A DNA stretch of 32,666 nt. Origin: Nemertoderma westbladi. Taxonomy: Eukaryota; Animalia; Xenacoelomorpha. Below the pieces are notes generated by a model. It saw only the letters and a list, made by a program, of their open reading frames with translations. It was not told the DNA's origin and did no database searches. The stretch spans positions 1 to 32,666 of the forward strand of contig JAUCBJ010005746.1 in the NCBI GenBank assembly GCA_032718475.1, written 5' to 3'. Of this stretch, positions 12,010 to 25,727 are shown piece after piece (the first letter of the stretch is position 1; every line of letters begins with the position of its first letter). The position numbers and the translations under genes are program-made.

Positions 12010-12864
12010 ATGGCAATGCCTAACAGCAGGTTTTGTAAATTCAATATTTTAAGCCTTAAAAGCTTAAAGGGGGCTTTATTCTTTCTCATATTAGTCTAAT
12101 GTAGTTTGTTCTCATTAGGGAAACGATTTCGAAAATTTCTCCGGCGAAAATCGCGAAATTTCGACAACCTCGCGATTTTCCCCCAATGGGGTTCACGACT
12201 CAAATTCAAAACCAGATTAATTACATGCAATAATATAACAGAAACACAATGACGTCTACAGAATTCAATAAGAAGCAAAATAGACGAGATATTGGTGTTT
12301 TCAGTTTAAAAATTATTCAAAATGTGAAAACGATCCCTGATTGGTCGTGACGTCACTGTACACATCGGAATCCCATTGATATCAACATTCTGATACCTTC
12401 TGTAATACTAACCTTTTTGTAAATTATGCAGATTGTTAGGCAGGGACTGCTACATTACAGCATTACTACAGTGCAGCAGTCAACGGTACAAGCACTGCAG
12501 CACTGTATATTATTCTTATTTTTACGGTCTGATCAAATAGCAACTGGAATGGAGGATTAATTATAATATGACACTATGAGCAATACGAACAAAATCAAAT
12601 TAATTGTGCTACATGTAAATGAATATTAATACAGGGGAACACATTGCACGTAGGCAAAATAATCCACCCCATCCACATAAATAATGGCTGAATGGGTACG
12701 TTAACAACGTAACCATTACATATACAACCATAATGACCAGCGTTGGGAGAGAGACACACAGTCAGGACCACCACAACAACGGATAAATAATTCGCACAGC
12801 GACAATATCCAGTGTAACGCGGGCAACACTCACATCCTGACAGCTGCAATGCAGTACCGGTAGC

Positions 12865-13132
12865 AAAAAGTAAAGTAAATTTTCTTCGGCCGATAGGCCA
12901 GGGATTACGCACAAAGTCTGACCACTTATTTCCAGTGCGGTCCCCCCAGAACTTTACTCCCCGGAGACATCTCCATTTAGCTACCACTTAAGGATGCAAG
13001 GCAGAGATGCGCCATGGCTGGTCCCTTTAAAGCATTCGTGCCGAAACGAAAACTGCCCTGGCCCATGTGAGGATCGAACCCACGACCTACGGGAGATGTG
13101 AATTCAATGCATCCACTACACCAAGGTGGAAC
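12865..13132 (-). mobile_element. tRNA-derived SINE (~270 bp)
   Basis: Minus strand: A box TGGTGTAGTGG, B box GGTTCGATCC, body with GCCTTGCATCCTTAAGTGGTAGCTAAATGGAG, tail TTTACTTTACTTTTT. Confidence 0.75.
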
Positions 13133-13657
13133 AAACTTGGAGCAAACGTGGAGCAACTGCAGCGCCGAATCGGTCGCATAGCAACAGCATAGAACCAGAA
13201 TTGTCATCCATATCATATCCAACACGACAACCAAAACAACAACTTGTCTCACTTTGTGGATGCGGAAGTCTTCTCCTTCTGCCATACTGGTATTCATCTA
13301 TGTTCCAAAATAGCAGAACTAGTCAATATGATCTACCGTACCTGATTAACTGCTGCTTAGAATCAACATGTCGGTGAAAGCTGGACGCCAAAAACCTGGT
13401 TCCCAGTAAATCCAAGGGGACCAGCAATACGTGCTTGGGGCAGGCTTAGATTGCCAGGATGATTAACCCACATGGAAATTCAGAAGACGCATTGAATAAT
13501 TATGGTGGTTAAAGACGGCCAAAATAATAACTAGGCGAGTAGAGTTGAGCACAGTGGCAGCATATGATGGTAATTGACAGATGGGAGGCCATGAGGAGGT
13601 AAATTGCGGACATACAAGGTATCCATACTTTAGTATTTCCAGGTCTACCTTTTACCT

Positions 13658-13731
13658 GAGCCGCTAGCTGAATGGTTAGAGCGTCAGACTTCCAACCCGG
13701 AGGTCACCAGTTCGATCCCACCTGGACGTCA
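13658..13731 (+). pseudogene. tRNA-like head (SINE head or tRNA pseudogene)
   Basis: A box TAGCTGAATGG, B box AGTTCGATCCC; CTTCCAA loop but anticodon and acceptor stems do not pair. Confidence 0.6.
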
Positions 13732-13840
13732 TTGCCGACTTTGCAAAAGTTGTGCCCAACAAAAAGTTATAATAATAATTAAATAATTAAATATAGTAAA
13801 CATTGGATCATATATTTAGGTGTTTGAATGTTACGAAAGA

Positions 13841-14294
13841 GATTTCAAACTAGAAAGCCAGCAAGCTGGCTTTTTAAACGAACCTGCCCCTAAAACCAGT
13901 ACCATGAGTGAGCGAAAATGAAAACACGATAATTGCCATCAACTCAACGATAGAAACACCAGCTGCTGGTACTCATGTGGGCCTAGTAAGCTACTACTAT
14001 TTATTGAATGGATAGCCCAAACTGCAGAGAAGTATATTACTTGCCAAATTTATTACTATCTCACTCTAACCCAGACAGTAATCAAACATCAACTGTAAGT
14101 TTGTATAATGTATTACCCCACCAGATGAATACCTCTTCCCAGTGAATCCTATGACAATAATCTATAAGGTTACTCACTGCTATGTTAGGTGGGAGGGAGT
14201 TGATGATAATGAATGAGGAGGGACACAACTACACTACGTTTGTCTATATGGACGGTCTCCTTACAGCCAGCTGGCTGGCTTTTCTAGTTGAATC
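13841..14294. mobile_element. Non-autonomous element bounded by ~30-bp imperfect inverted repeats, each a hairpin next to CTAG
   Basis: gatttcaaactagaaagccagcaagctggct (13841-13871) versus agccagctggctggcttttctagttgaatc (14265-14294). Confidence 0.55.
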
Positions 14295-14911
14295 ATATTA
14301 TTCCGCAACTAAATAATTTACTCTTTTAGACGAATTTGTGCGTTTTTTTGCCGGACTAACAAATTTTGGCGACGTTCTGTGCGAGATTGGCGATATTTGA
14401 AAAGATTCTGAGGCTCAAATATGTTGCTCAGATGACTGAATATCTCAAATAAAAAAGTTGGTGCCTACTCGACGAGTTGAAATCGGTGAAATTCGACTTT
14501 AAATTTTCAAAACCGCTATTTTTCAGTGACCCCGTGATCGAAACGCCACAAAAAATATACAGTCTTGTGCGCAACCAAAATTTATGGAGAGTTTGTTATT
14601 AAAATTTTTGCGTACCTGCTTGAGTTTTTGAGATATTGGATGGTTATACATACCCACACACACAACCACATCGTGTTTTTAAACGGCTCAACTCTTGACA
14701 AGAACTGGGCTAGGTATTAATTTTCAAAACTTTTTGTTTTGTCCACATGTTGCATAGCGAACTGTTGTTGAGATATTGACGTTCAAACAGAGATCCGGAC
14801 GCCGGTCGGACAAATAGATCGACCATGCCGTCGATTTGCTGTGGATCACACACATCGTGGCTCGCCACACAATATTATTAGAAGTACAATAAGACGTTGA
14901 CAAACAGTTTA

Positions 14912-16917
<2,006 letters not shown>

Positions 16918-17071
16918 TATATTATATTGAATAGGCTTCCAATATAAAAGAAAAACTCCGAATGGAAAATAGATTTATTATTAATAAAACAAAAATAAAT
17001 TACAGAGAATTATTACACAGTATACTGAGGATGAACCGCAGCCAATAAGAGTTAACCCAGCTGCTGTTCAT

Positions 17072-18495
17072 TTATTTAACACGTTCGTATAGATACATAT
17101 AAGCCAGTCCCCTTGGTGGGTCCTCTGATAAGGCCACCTTATCGTCGTTGTAAATAACCCAACGCCCTTCGCGCAGTATGTGAGCGACATAATGGCCACA
17201 TAGCGTAGATGTTCCCATATGGCTAATAAAGGCCTTGAGTGTGTAGACCCCAGGGCCATCCCTGCGTCGAGTAACCGCCGCTGATTGGTCGTTGGTTACT
17301 TCGTTAATATCGTCTAAGTGAGAGAATATCCAATCAGCTGCACGCTCTGGGTTACCAGCTGTCGCTTTCAACGCTTGTATCGCCTGCGAACGAGAGAACC
17401 CCATGGCGGTTATAACGCTAACAGCTTCTTCGTTAACAGTTATAATGGGAGCCACTGGAGCACCTGGGAGGTTTAAGGGCTCCCCGAAGTCGGAGTCTCC
17501 CATATGTTCTAGAACCCACCCCATAGCGGGTTCCACCCCTTGGTTACGGGTGTAATAGACGGCCTTGCGACAACCCTCCCGAGGGAAACCCATCTCGACC
17601 AGCTGACCCACCAGTTCCTCGTTAACGAACACCGATTGGTTGACCCCCTCGGGGAGGACCTCCTCGCCGGGCTGCAACCCACGCCCACGCAGACCCAACG
17701 CCTCCGCGTCCAGACTGTCCGGCGCGTCCAACGCCACGTCCAACTTAACCGGCGCCCAATCCGCCCCCACCGTGAACTTCTTCGCGTGAACCACGAGATA
17801 ATCCGGGAAGGTTAATAACTTAGTTGTAGCCAATGCCGTGGTCCGCCGCTTGATGGCGCTGCTGTAGAAGTCTCGTATCTCCACAGGGCGAGCGAACGCG
17901 GCGACGCAATCTACAAGCGGGATCCGCGGGCGAACCACATCGCCCGGTTCCAGACGACCGCCCACAGCCGCGACTTCCATCTTCTTCTTTGTGAAGGCTG
18001 CGAGTTGGTCGCCATTGGTTACCGCTTCTAGAAGCACCGGAACCGAGAGTATGTTATCGTTGCGTTGAGTGTATTTAACGCGATGCGATACGCTACACTC
18101 AACTCGTTCCTCCACCTCGAACTTAAAGCATTCAGCGGGGTCGAACCCTGCCTTATGGGCCTCCCGCTCCCACCGAGTTACTAAATGCAGGAAGAACTCC
18201 TGCACGTCCTGCTGCCGATTAGTCGAGAACTCGGGATGGCCTCGACCTATCAACGACTTAAACATCCGCGGGGAGATTCCTTTATCGCGGCCCCCCTGGT
18301 TGTCCCCCTTGACCCCCACGGAGTAACGGCCCGACAACAGGCCGTCGGATAGTTTCGCCATCTGGCAGTTGAAGTCACCCGGCGGGTTGGTGGCTGCGGC
18401 CTTTAGGAAGGCGGGACGACGACGGAGGTATTCCTCCCCTATCTGCGGGATGCTAAGGACCACCTGGAGGAGCGAAGCGAGGTAGCAGCTGTTAC
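17072..18495 (-). CDS. USP5: USP5/USP13-type deubiquitinase, exon 3 (rest of Cys box, USP domain, two UBA domains, His box)
   Basis: Acceptor ctcttcCAG (18498-18496); (G)NSCYLAS, QQDVQEF, two MGF UBA motifs, HMGTSTLCGHYV, YNDDKV; TAA at 17074-17072; AATAAA on minus at 16979-16974. Confidence 0.93.
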
Positions 18496-18540
18496 CTGGA
18501 AGAGTAAAGAGTTAATGGATGAAATGGATCTTCATTTAGA

Positions 18541-18770
18541 CAGTGTTGCCACTCTATTTCAGTTTCAATTTTCCCTGACTTTTTGAAAAAATCCCTTGAC
18601 TAGGTTACATAGATATAATTAGCACTTGATCTTTTTACCTGGCATTTGACACATGACCTGTATCAAATTCCCTGATTTTTCCCTGATTGTCTATTTTTTA
18701 TTACAAGAATTCCCTGACATTTTAAGAAAAAATGAAATTCCCTGACTATTCCAGGTGACTGGCAACCCTG
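18541..18770. mobile_element. hAT-like MITE in USP5 intron 2
   Basis: TIRs CAGTGTTGCCA / TGGCAACCCTG; repeated internal TTCCCTGA motif; no intact 8-bp TSD. Confidence 0.7.
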
Positions 18771-19379
18771 TAGTAAGGAATGTACTAACTGGTGAAAAAT
18801 ATAAACATAGCTATTTTTTCATTTTATTGAAGTCATATTTCCCGGCACCATAGTCACGGAATATAGTGGTTTCCGTTTGTTGGTGTTGATGGAACGATGA
18901 CGTTTGCATGGATTCCAAATAATGTTTAACAATATGAATTACTTTGAGAATTAGCTGGATATATGTGTTTGAATGCCGCATGTTTTTACTTAAGCTGCCG
19001 GCCATTATTATTCGATTTTATAAATACACCATTTTTTTTTAATTCTAATATTTTAATATTATGCATTGTTGCCTAGCTACGTATGAAATAGTAACAGGTT
19101 TCAAAATGCTGGTATTTATTAAATGCACAACAGCAAAGCTTCTCTCACAGCAATGGAGAACGTGTAGTGTATTAGAGACAGTGGATGGTTTATCACTACC
19201 CCATTTCAATTAATGGATAATGGCCCTTGGACTTAGTTGTAATAATTGATGAGCATAAAAGGCATTTAAGTAACTGACATGAAATGAGAGATGGACCTCA
19301 TTAAAAAAAAGCTCATAGGCCTACCGATTTATATACTATAATAAAATTATAATAAACCGAATTGCTAATAATAAATACA

Positions 19380-19746
19380 TTGGAGTTGATCTGTTAATGG
19401 AACTGTAATTAATGATGTAATATTATGGTTTTGTACAGAAAGGGAAAAAACGTCACCGGGGGTTGAACCAGCGCTATACGTATAGTACGTTTCGGCCTAT
19501 CAGGCTTCATCAGTAGCGCTAACCAGTTCAGCCACTTGCCCCTGACACTTGCTCTCCCACCTAATCCAATTCTATTGAACAGGCAGTTCTAAGTTGCTGC
19601 ATATCCTATCTGTAACAGCGGACCTAACGGCTAAGTTAGAGTGAAACAGGATGGAAGTACAAATAAAAATATATTCAGCTCGAGTATCTCTAACAGGTGA
19701 TATTATTAAATTGTTTGGAGTTGAGCTGTTAATGCAACTGTAATTA
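19380..19746. repeat. 32-bp direct repeats 335 bp apart, bracketing the hammerhead unit
   Basis: ttggagttga(t/g)ctgttaatg(g/c)aactgtaatta at 19380-19411 and 19715-19746, 30/32 identical. Confidence 0.85.
19445..19546 (-). ncRNA. Putative Pol III small RNA containing a type I hammerhead ribozyme
   Basis: Minus: GTCAGGGGCAAG-TGGCTGAACTGG(A box)-TT-AGCGCTA-CTGATGA-A-GCCT-GAT-AGGC-C-GAAA-CGTA-CTA-TACG-TA^TAGCGCT-GGTTCAACCCC(B box)-CGGTGACG-TTTTTT; predicted cut between 19477 and 19476. Confidence 0.8.
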
Positions 19747-19881
19747 TAATCAGCTACTCCTTAACGAAATTCACATGTTGAAAAAGATTTTGAATGCTCG
19801 ATTAAAGAATCAATAAACGCACCAATAAACCACGAAAAGGACCAACAATAGGAGTGGTGGTGGCACTGGAGTAATATTTAA

Positions 19882-20124
19882 GGAGACACATTTTTCGTGT
19901 TTAAAGCTAAATATTGAATTAAAAGCAATAATACAAATTCTGACTCACCCACTAGACTAACTAAGGAGGAGGGGGAGCGATGTGAAACTGAAACTCTGCT
20001 TCACCTTCAATTCAAATTTCTTGCAAACCCATTAATATTTGTACATAATAGAAAAATTGGATGGGGGGGGGGGGTACATGGGGTAACTCAATTAATTACG
20101 CCACAAAATTCCAGTTAGATGGTG
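19882..20124. mobile_element. Diverged solo arm related to the 14912-16917 MITE
   Basis: Colinear matches to ~16704-16917: ggagacac, gctaaa, aattctg.ctcaccc, G tract, ggtac, attccag..atggtgta. Confidence 0.65.
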
Positions 20125-21127
20125 TAAGTGATAGAAAGCAGGTAATTATGATTACTAACTATGATTACTTATTTCACTCTTTTTCAGAAAAATATATTTT
20201 TTTTGTGGGGGGGGGGGGGGGGGGGGGGGGGGGTGGGGAGGAGGGGGTTGTGAGACACTTCCGCTTTTGGAGTATTAAGAGTTTTATTGGCATATGATGC
20301 ATTAAATTTATAGATATAATATGTATCAGTTAGTTCTTTATGATGATTTTCAAGGAAAAAAATATAAATTTGAATTTCCCGCCAATTTGATTCGAATGTT
20401 TCTGATTTGAAGTTTAAATTTTTAATCAATTCGATTGAAATTTCCACATAGTGGTCCTGTCATAATAACCAATAAAACTTATAGACAGAATTTTGAAACT
20501 TTTATCAGAAGTGTAATTTTAACCAAAAACGTATTTTATTTATTTTTTTCAAATTATTTTCTCAAAACACAACAAAAACTCAAAATTCTGTCGACAAGTT
20601 TATTGGTAAATATGTCAAGACTATTTACTGGGCCCATGTGAACGTGAAGTATACCAGACTTTCTGCTGTTATATTTCACTTTGCATTTTACCCCCATATG
20701 AAGAATACCAGGTTTTCACAAAAAACACAGGTTACAGAAGGCCTGATTCTAACCAAAACAATAAACGAATTAGTATCTATCTATACAGGTTATAAGATAG
20801 GAATAAGCGCTATAAAACACTTAATAAGGGAAAATTTGAAATAATACAAATTCTTCATATATAAAATCCCAGTAGCATGCTTCATATGGGTGATTCACTG
20901 AAAATTTCAAACGAATTGATTAAAAAATTGCGGTTAACAATGATGAATTAAAAAAGGCGAGGTTGTTACATTTAGTGTGGCGCAAAAACGAGAAATAATA
21001 ATTGTGAGTAAAATTCATCTAAAAATTAATCCTTCCCACGCAAAAGAGTCTGTCCCTATGCGACAGCTAATATGAATTAATTAAATAGTCATTTATGGAT
21101 GTTAAAGGAAGCAGGATGATGGAATGT

Positions 21128-21658
21128 TCACTACACGGGGGGTTTTCGTATTCGGTGGTTTCCTTTCTGATTATCAGTTTTCATGTTTGGAAATATCTAG
21201 TCTGCCTGTCGGGCTGTCTGTCGGAATGTCGGTTTGTCTGTTGATTTGTCCGTCAAAATACAATAGAACACACGACGTTGCTATAATTTTCACTACGGGG
21301 GGTTTTCCTGGTCGATGATTTAATTTCTGATGTCAGTTTTGATGTTTGGTAATATCTAGAATGTCTGTTTGTCGGGATCAGAAAACACATTTTATTGTGA
21401 AAATAATTTTTAATGTTATTTTTATTATTTTTATTTATATTTGTTTTTATTTCATCTGATGCAGAATTTAATGGGGATTTCTAATCTTAAACACGGCGAG
21501 CTCTTTTTTAGTTATCGAGTTATCGCTGTCTTTCCGTCTACAATTTTGTCCGTCAAAATTTAGAAGACAGACAGACAAACTGTCAGGCAGACATATTAGA
21601 TACCACCAAACATTAAAACTGACATCAGAAAGGAAATCACTGACCCCGAAAACCCCCA
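21128..21658. repeat. Three ~90-120 bp related units, two direct and one inverted (Helitron/Helentron-like internal repeat)
   Basis: ggggttttc...tttctga..tcagtttt.atgtttgg at ~21137 and ~21297; reverse complement ccaaacattaaaactgacatcagaaagg..gaaaaccccc at ~21606-21657. Confidence 0.65.
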
Positions 21659-22082
21659 TATTGATAATTTTAGTGATTTGGTATGAAGCCATAGTGTCAA
21701 ACATTACTGACCGATTAACAGACTACAGACAGTCAGGTTTGAGCGCGAAGGTTCAAACTCTAAAGCAAATTATCTCGGAATAACTTTTTACATTTTAAAT
21801 TTTTTCTAAGTACTACTCCTCCGCCATTTTTCACTCAAATTCGATAATTTATGGCTCGTTTGAAAGGTTTTTTTAAGATCTTGATCTTGAAAATGTCTGC
21901 CTCAGCACATTTTTGAATAAAAATTGTTCAAATATTATTGAGAATTTTAATTAATTTAAACTAATTAATTAAATTAATTTAATCAAAATTAATATTTTAC
22001 TATTTTAACTAAATATTGGGTTTCGTTTCGGGATTCACCCAATGTTTCTCCCTCGTCGTGGTTTATATAAGAACAACATTAC

Positions 22083-22537
22083 CTATATTAGTGATACCCG
22101 TGTACCCGGGTCCACTGAGCGGCACCAGGGCCTTCCCACTCTCCTGTATGACGTCCCATTCCCCGATCCGGCTGTTCGCATCGATCTCCAACTCCGTCAT
22201 CGTCCGATCCGTCCGCTCCATGGCCGCCATGTTGACCCCCCAGTGCGCGAGGTGTTGCCTCAGCAACGGGTCCAACACCATGGCGTCCTCCGCGTAGGAG
22301 AACACATCGGCGCCGTCCCCGGTCACCGTGCCCAGTTTCACCGCCAGGGGGTGCTGCTTGCTGCGTTGGTACTCGTCCAACGCGTGGTTGTTACCCCCCG
22401 ACCCGTCGTAGTACCTGCGGCCGCATAGGATCTGGGCGCTCGAGAGATTCAGCCAGAGATTGCTGGTCAACTCGCATTGCTCGCACTTCCAGCCAGACGG
22501 CGGGATCTTTACGCCGTTATCTAGTTGAGTTAAATTC
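22083..22537 (-). CDS. USP5: USP5/USP13-type deubiquitinase, exon 2 (ZnF-UBP domain to start of Cys box)
   Basis: Acceptor tttgCAG (22540-22538), donor G|GTAATG (22082); IPPSGWKCEQCELTSNLWLNL..ILCGRRYYDGSGGNNHA..GPGYTGITNIG; phases 2 and 1 join exons 1 and 3 in frame. Confidence 0.93.
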
Positions 22538-23545
22538 CTGCAAATTAAATAAACTAAATAAACACTGGCTGTAATTGATCGAACTGTGACACCTGGTTTT
22601 ATATTTTATTCTTAAGTCGATTTGTTAAATAAAATTAAGGTTATAAATTTCGTTTCCATGACAACCATTAACGGAAAAATTATATTTTTCGCCTGATTTC
22701 TAACCCGCTACATACTGTACAACAATCTGAGAATAAGTAGGCCTAAGTATTCCGAATTGTGGCTCTATCACACTACAGGCGCCACTTTATATGTAAAACA
22801 TACACCTGGGCTGCTTTAATGACTTGCTGGTTGGGGTGTTTTTAGGTTAGGGTTTGCTGCTGGGACACAAACAATAATTAATTGTGTAAATTCTGACTTT
22901 TATTAAGTCCGAAATTCCACGAAATTTCTTAGATTTGAGATCTTAGACAACTGACAACGGGTAGATAAATTGTTAGGTACAGACTAGGAAGTAAAAATAC
23001 TCGATAGATAATTACCGCGTGTGAAATTGGATTCGAATGAAGTACAACGATTTATAATTGAATTCTTTGGATAGAAAGGTACATGGCGTATTTCTAGTTA
23101 GGTAGTAGGCACAGAACCTGTCCTGTTGTTGTCATAGTAGTGCGAGAATTGTACTACAACACGAGGAAACATTACATTGTAGTTAATTCGTTTAACCCTG
23201 AAGCGATGGACATAAAATCGTATTGCTGTATTGTATCAGGTAAATTAAACTCTAAGATTAAAAGAATATATACAAATCATTTACCGGTACAGTATAGCTA
23301 AATTATTACAAATGGCAATGACGAAAGGTATTTATTTATATAAAACTGAACTATAGTGCTGTTAGGCCTACAAACTACAGCCTATAGGATAGGCTAAGAT
23401 TAGATATTGAGGTAGAGCAGAATGTGATTTTAGCTCATTTTGCTTTACCTCAATAAACTATCTTGCACTCACTCAATTTCTTGTCTATCAGTCTAGCTAG
23501 CTAGATGGTTGATGTAATAAACTTATTGTAATAATCTTAATGTAA

Positions 23546-25727
23546 TTAACCCGTGCAAAGCACGATGAACCGGAGCTCTGACAAAACGCCCCCTAGCAGC
23601 AGACATAGGAACTGTAGAACTCTGCCTGTGTTTTAGAATTTATAATTAGGCAATGCTCGTAGGTTACTACTACCAAATTTCAGATGAATCTGATGGTTGG
23701 TTCTATAATTACAGCTACTTTTACGTTTCTGTGAATTCGCCCCCTAGCGGCAGACAGGATACGATGGTATCAGTATAGATCAGTACAGATCAGATCAGAC
23801 CAGTACCAGATCAGATATGACCTGATCTGATATACAGTATCAGATCAGTACAGATCAGAGTACAGATCAGGATAGATCAGTATACGATGGTTCGACAACA
23901 TTTGTGTCTACTGTAGACGGTGACACAGAACCATTTGAAGTGTTATGGGGCGTCCTCCAAGGAGACACACTTGCACCATTCTTGTTCATTATTGTGGTTG
24001 ACTATGACTATGTTATACGCATGTCCTTAGATCATCATAATGATGATGGGGCGATGATAACTCCACCTACTGGCTCCAGAAGTCGAGGAAATCCTGCCAA
24101 GTACCTAACTGATCTAGACTTTGCTGATGACTTAGGAGTACTCTCAGAATCATTAGAGGGAGCCCAACGGCTCCTCAGCTCATTAGAACATGCTGCTTCT
24201 TGTGTTGGTCTTTTTATTAACTCCAAAAAGACCAAAATTTTGACAGTTAACTTTGAAAGTCCTCAGCAAGTCTCTGATCGGATGAGCATAAGCTCAAAGG
24301 ATGGTATGCTTGAGCATGAGGACGACTTCTGTTACCTGGGATCATGGATCCGGAAGTCCGGTGAGGACCTTCGAATACGTAAGGGAAAGGCATGGGCAGC
24401 CTTGAATAGGCTTTCCAGGATTTGGAAGTCACCGAGAATTAATCGGAAACTTAAGGTCCGATTATTTAGAGCAGCAGTAGTTCCAGTACTCCTCTATGGG
24501 AGTCCATGCTGGGCTCTAACTGCTGAGGACACCAAATCTCTGGATGGCACATTCACAAGAATGCTACGCCGGGTTCATTGTGTCAAGTACAATGCACACA
24601 TCTCCAACCAGACACTATATAACATTGGAGGTGTCTCATTGGTTCCCCCAAGCTTGACACTAGAACAAAATCGCCTCCGCTTTGCATGACATTGCTTTCG
24701 CCGTGAGGACCAGCCAGTGCATAATCTTGTACTTTGGCAGCCTCATGGAGTGTATAAGCATGGTGGACAGCCCATGACTTTCTTGAGACGCATCTTAAAG
24801 GACACTGGCCTTGAAGATGCGGATGATCTAGCAAATGTCATGGGTGATAGGGAGTTGTGGCGGCGCAATTTTGTTGACAAGCCGGCACAGGCACAGCATT
24901 CTTAAAAATGCAGCTGCAATGCAGCATGCCGATCCTAGTAGGAAGACAGGAATTATAAAAGTCTGTCTTTGGGTTGAATTTATACCAAATTTCAAATGAA
25001 TCTGATTGTTGGTTCTATAAGTATAGCTACTTCTACGTTTCTGTCAATTCGCCCCCTAGCGGTAGACAGGAATTATAAAAGTATGTCTTTGTGTTGAATT
25101 TATACTTAAGCAATGCTCATAGGTCACTCCTACCAAATTTCAGATGAATCTGATTGTTGGTTCTATAAGTATAGCTACTTCTACGTTTCTGTTAATTCGC
25201 CCCCTAGCGGTAGACAGGAATTATAAAAGCCTGTCTTTGTGTTGAATGTATACTTAAGCAATGCTCATAGGTCACTCCTACCAAATTTCAGATGAATCTG
25301 ATTGTTGGTTCTATAAGTATAGCTACTTCTACGTTTCTGTCAATTCGCCCCCAAGCGGCAGACAGACTGACAGAGGAACTGTAAAAGTCTGTACTTGTTT
25401 AGAATTTATAAATCAACAATGCTCGTAGGCAACTCCTACCAAATTTCAAATGAATCTGATGGTTGGTTCTATAATTACAGCTACTTCTACGTTTCTGACT
25501 ATTCGCCCACAAGCAGCAGACAGATAAACTACAGAAGCCTGTTTCTCTGTAGAATTTCTAAACTTTTGATAGACTAGGTAAGTTTGGAGATAAGATAAGT
25601 TTGTTCAATTTCATCCATGATTGAGCGACTTATTAGCGTTCAAACATTTCCGACAACGACGACGGACGGTTCACTAATTGTACTGCTATGCTAAGGCTCA
25701 CCTAGACTTCGTGGCTCGCCCCACAAT
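23546..25727. mobile_element. Non-autonomous Helentron/HINE-like element with ~148-158 bp internal tandem repeats, interrupted by an RTE fragment
   Basis: Left hairpin cgtgc-aaa-gcacg; repeat unit taccaaatttcagatgaatctgat..ggttctataa..cgccccctagcgg; right end tcgtggctcgccccacaat shared with ~14855-14873; family assignment is from recalled terminal patterns only. Confidence 0.55.
23882..24941 (+). mobile_element. 5'-truncated RTE-clade LINE: RT C-terminal half and 3' end, pseudogenised
   Basis: GVLQGDTLAPFLF, LDFADD, FCYLGS, PVLLYGS, RLRFA*HCFR (TGA at 24687 in place of Gly, frame continues to 24905); ends in TAGTAG. Confidence 0.9.

Noticed and set aside
13658-13731. Functional tRNA-Gly(TCC)
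   Set aside because: Anticodon and acceptor stems do not pair
17540-18326. Plus-strand ORFs opposite USP5 exon 3 (likewise 22016-22428, 26406-26678)
   Set aside because: Antisense shadows of GC-rich coding exons with no recognisable motifs
20207-20248. Long G tracts (also 14952-14976, 16853-16877, 32368-32401) as functional G-quadruplexes
   Set aside because: G4-capable but mostly inside repeats, homopolymer length is error-prone, and nothing indicates function
24124-24135. CTGATGA hammerhead core
   Set aside because: It is the FADD codon sequence of the RT; no stem II-GAAA follows
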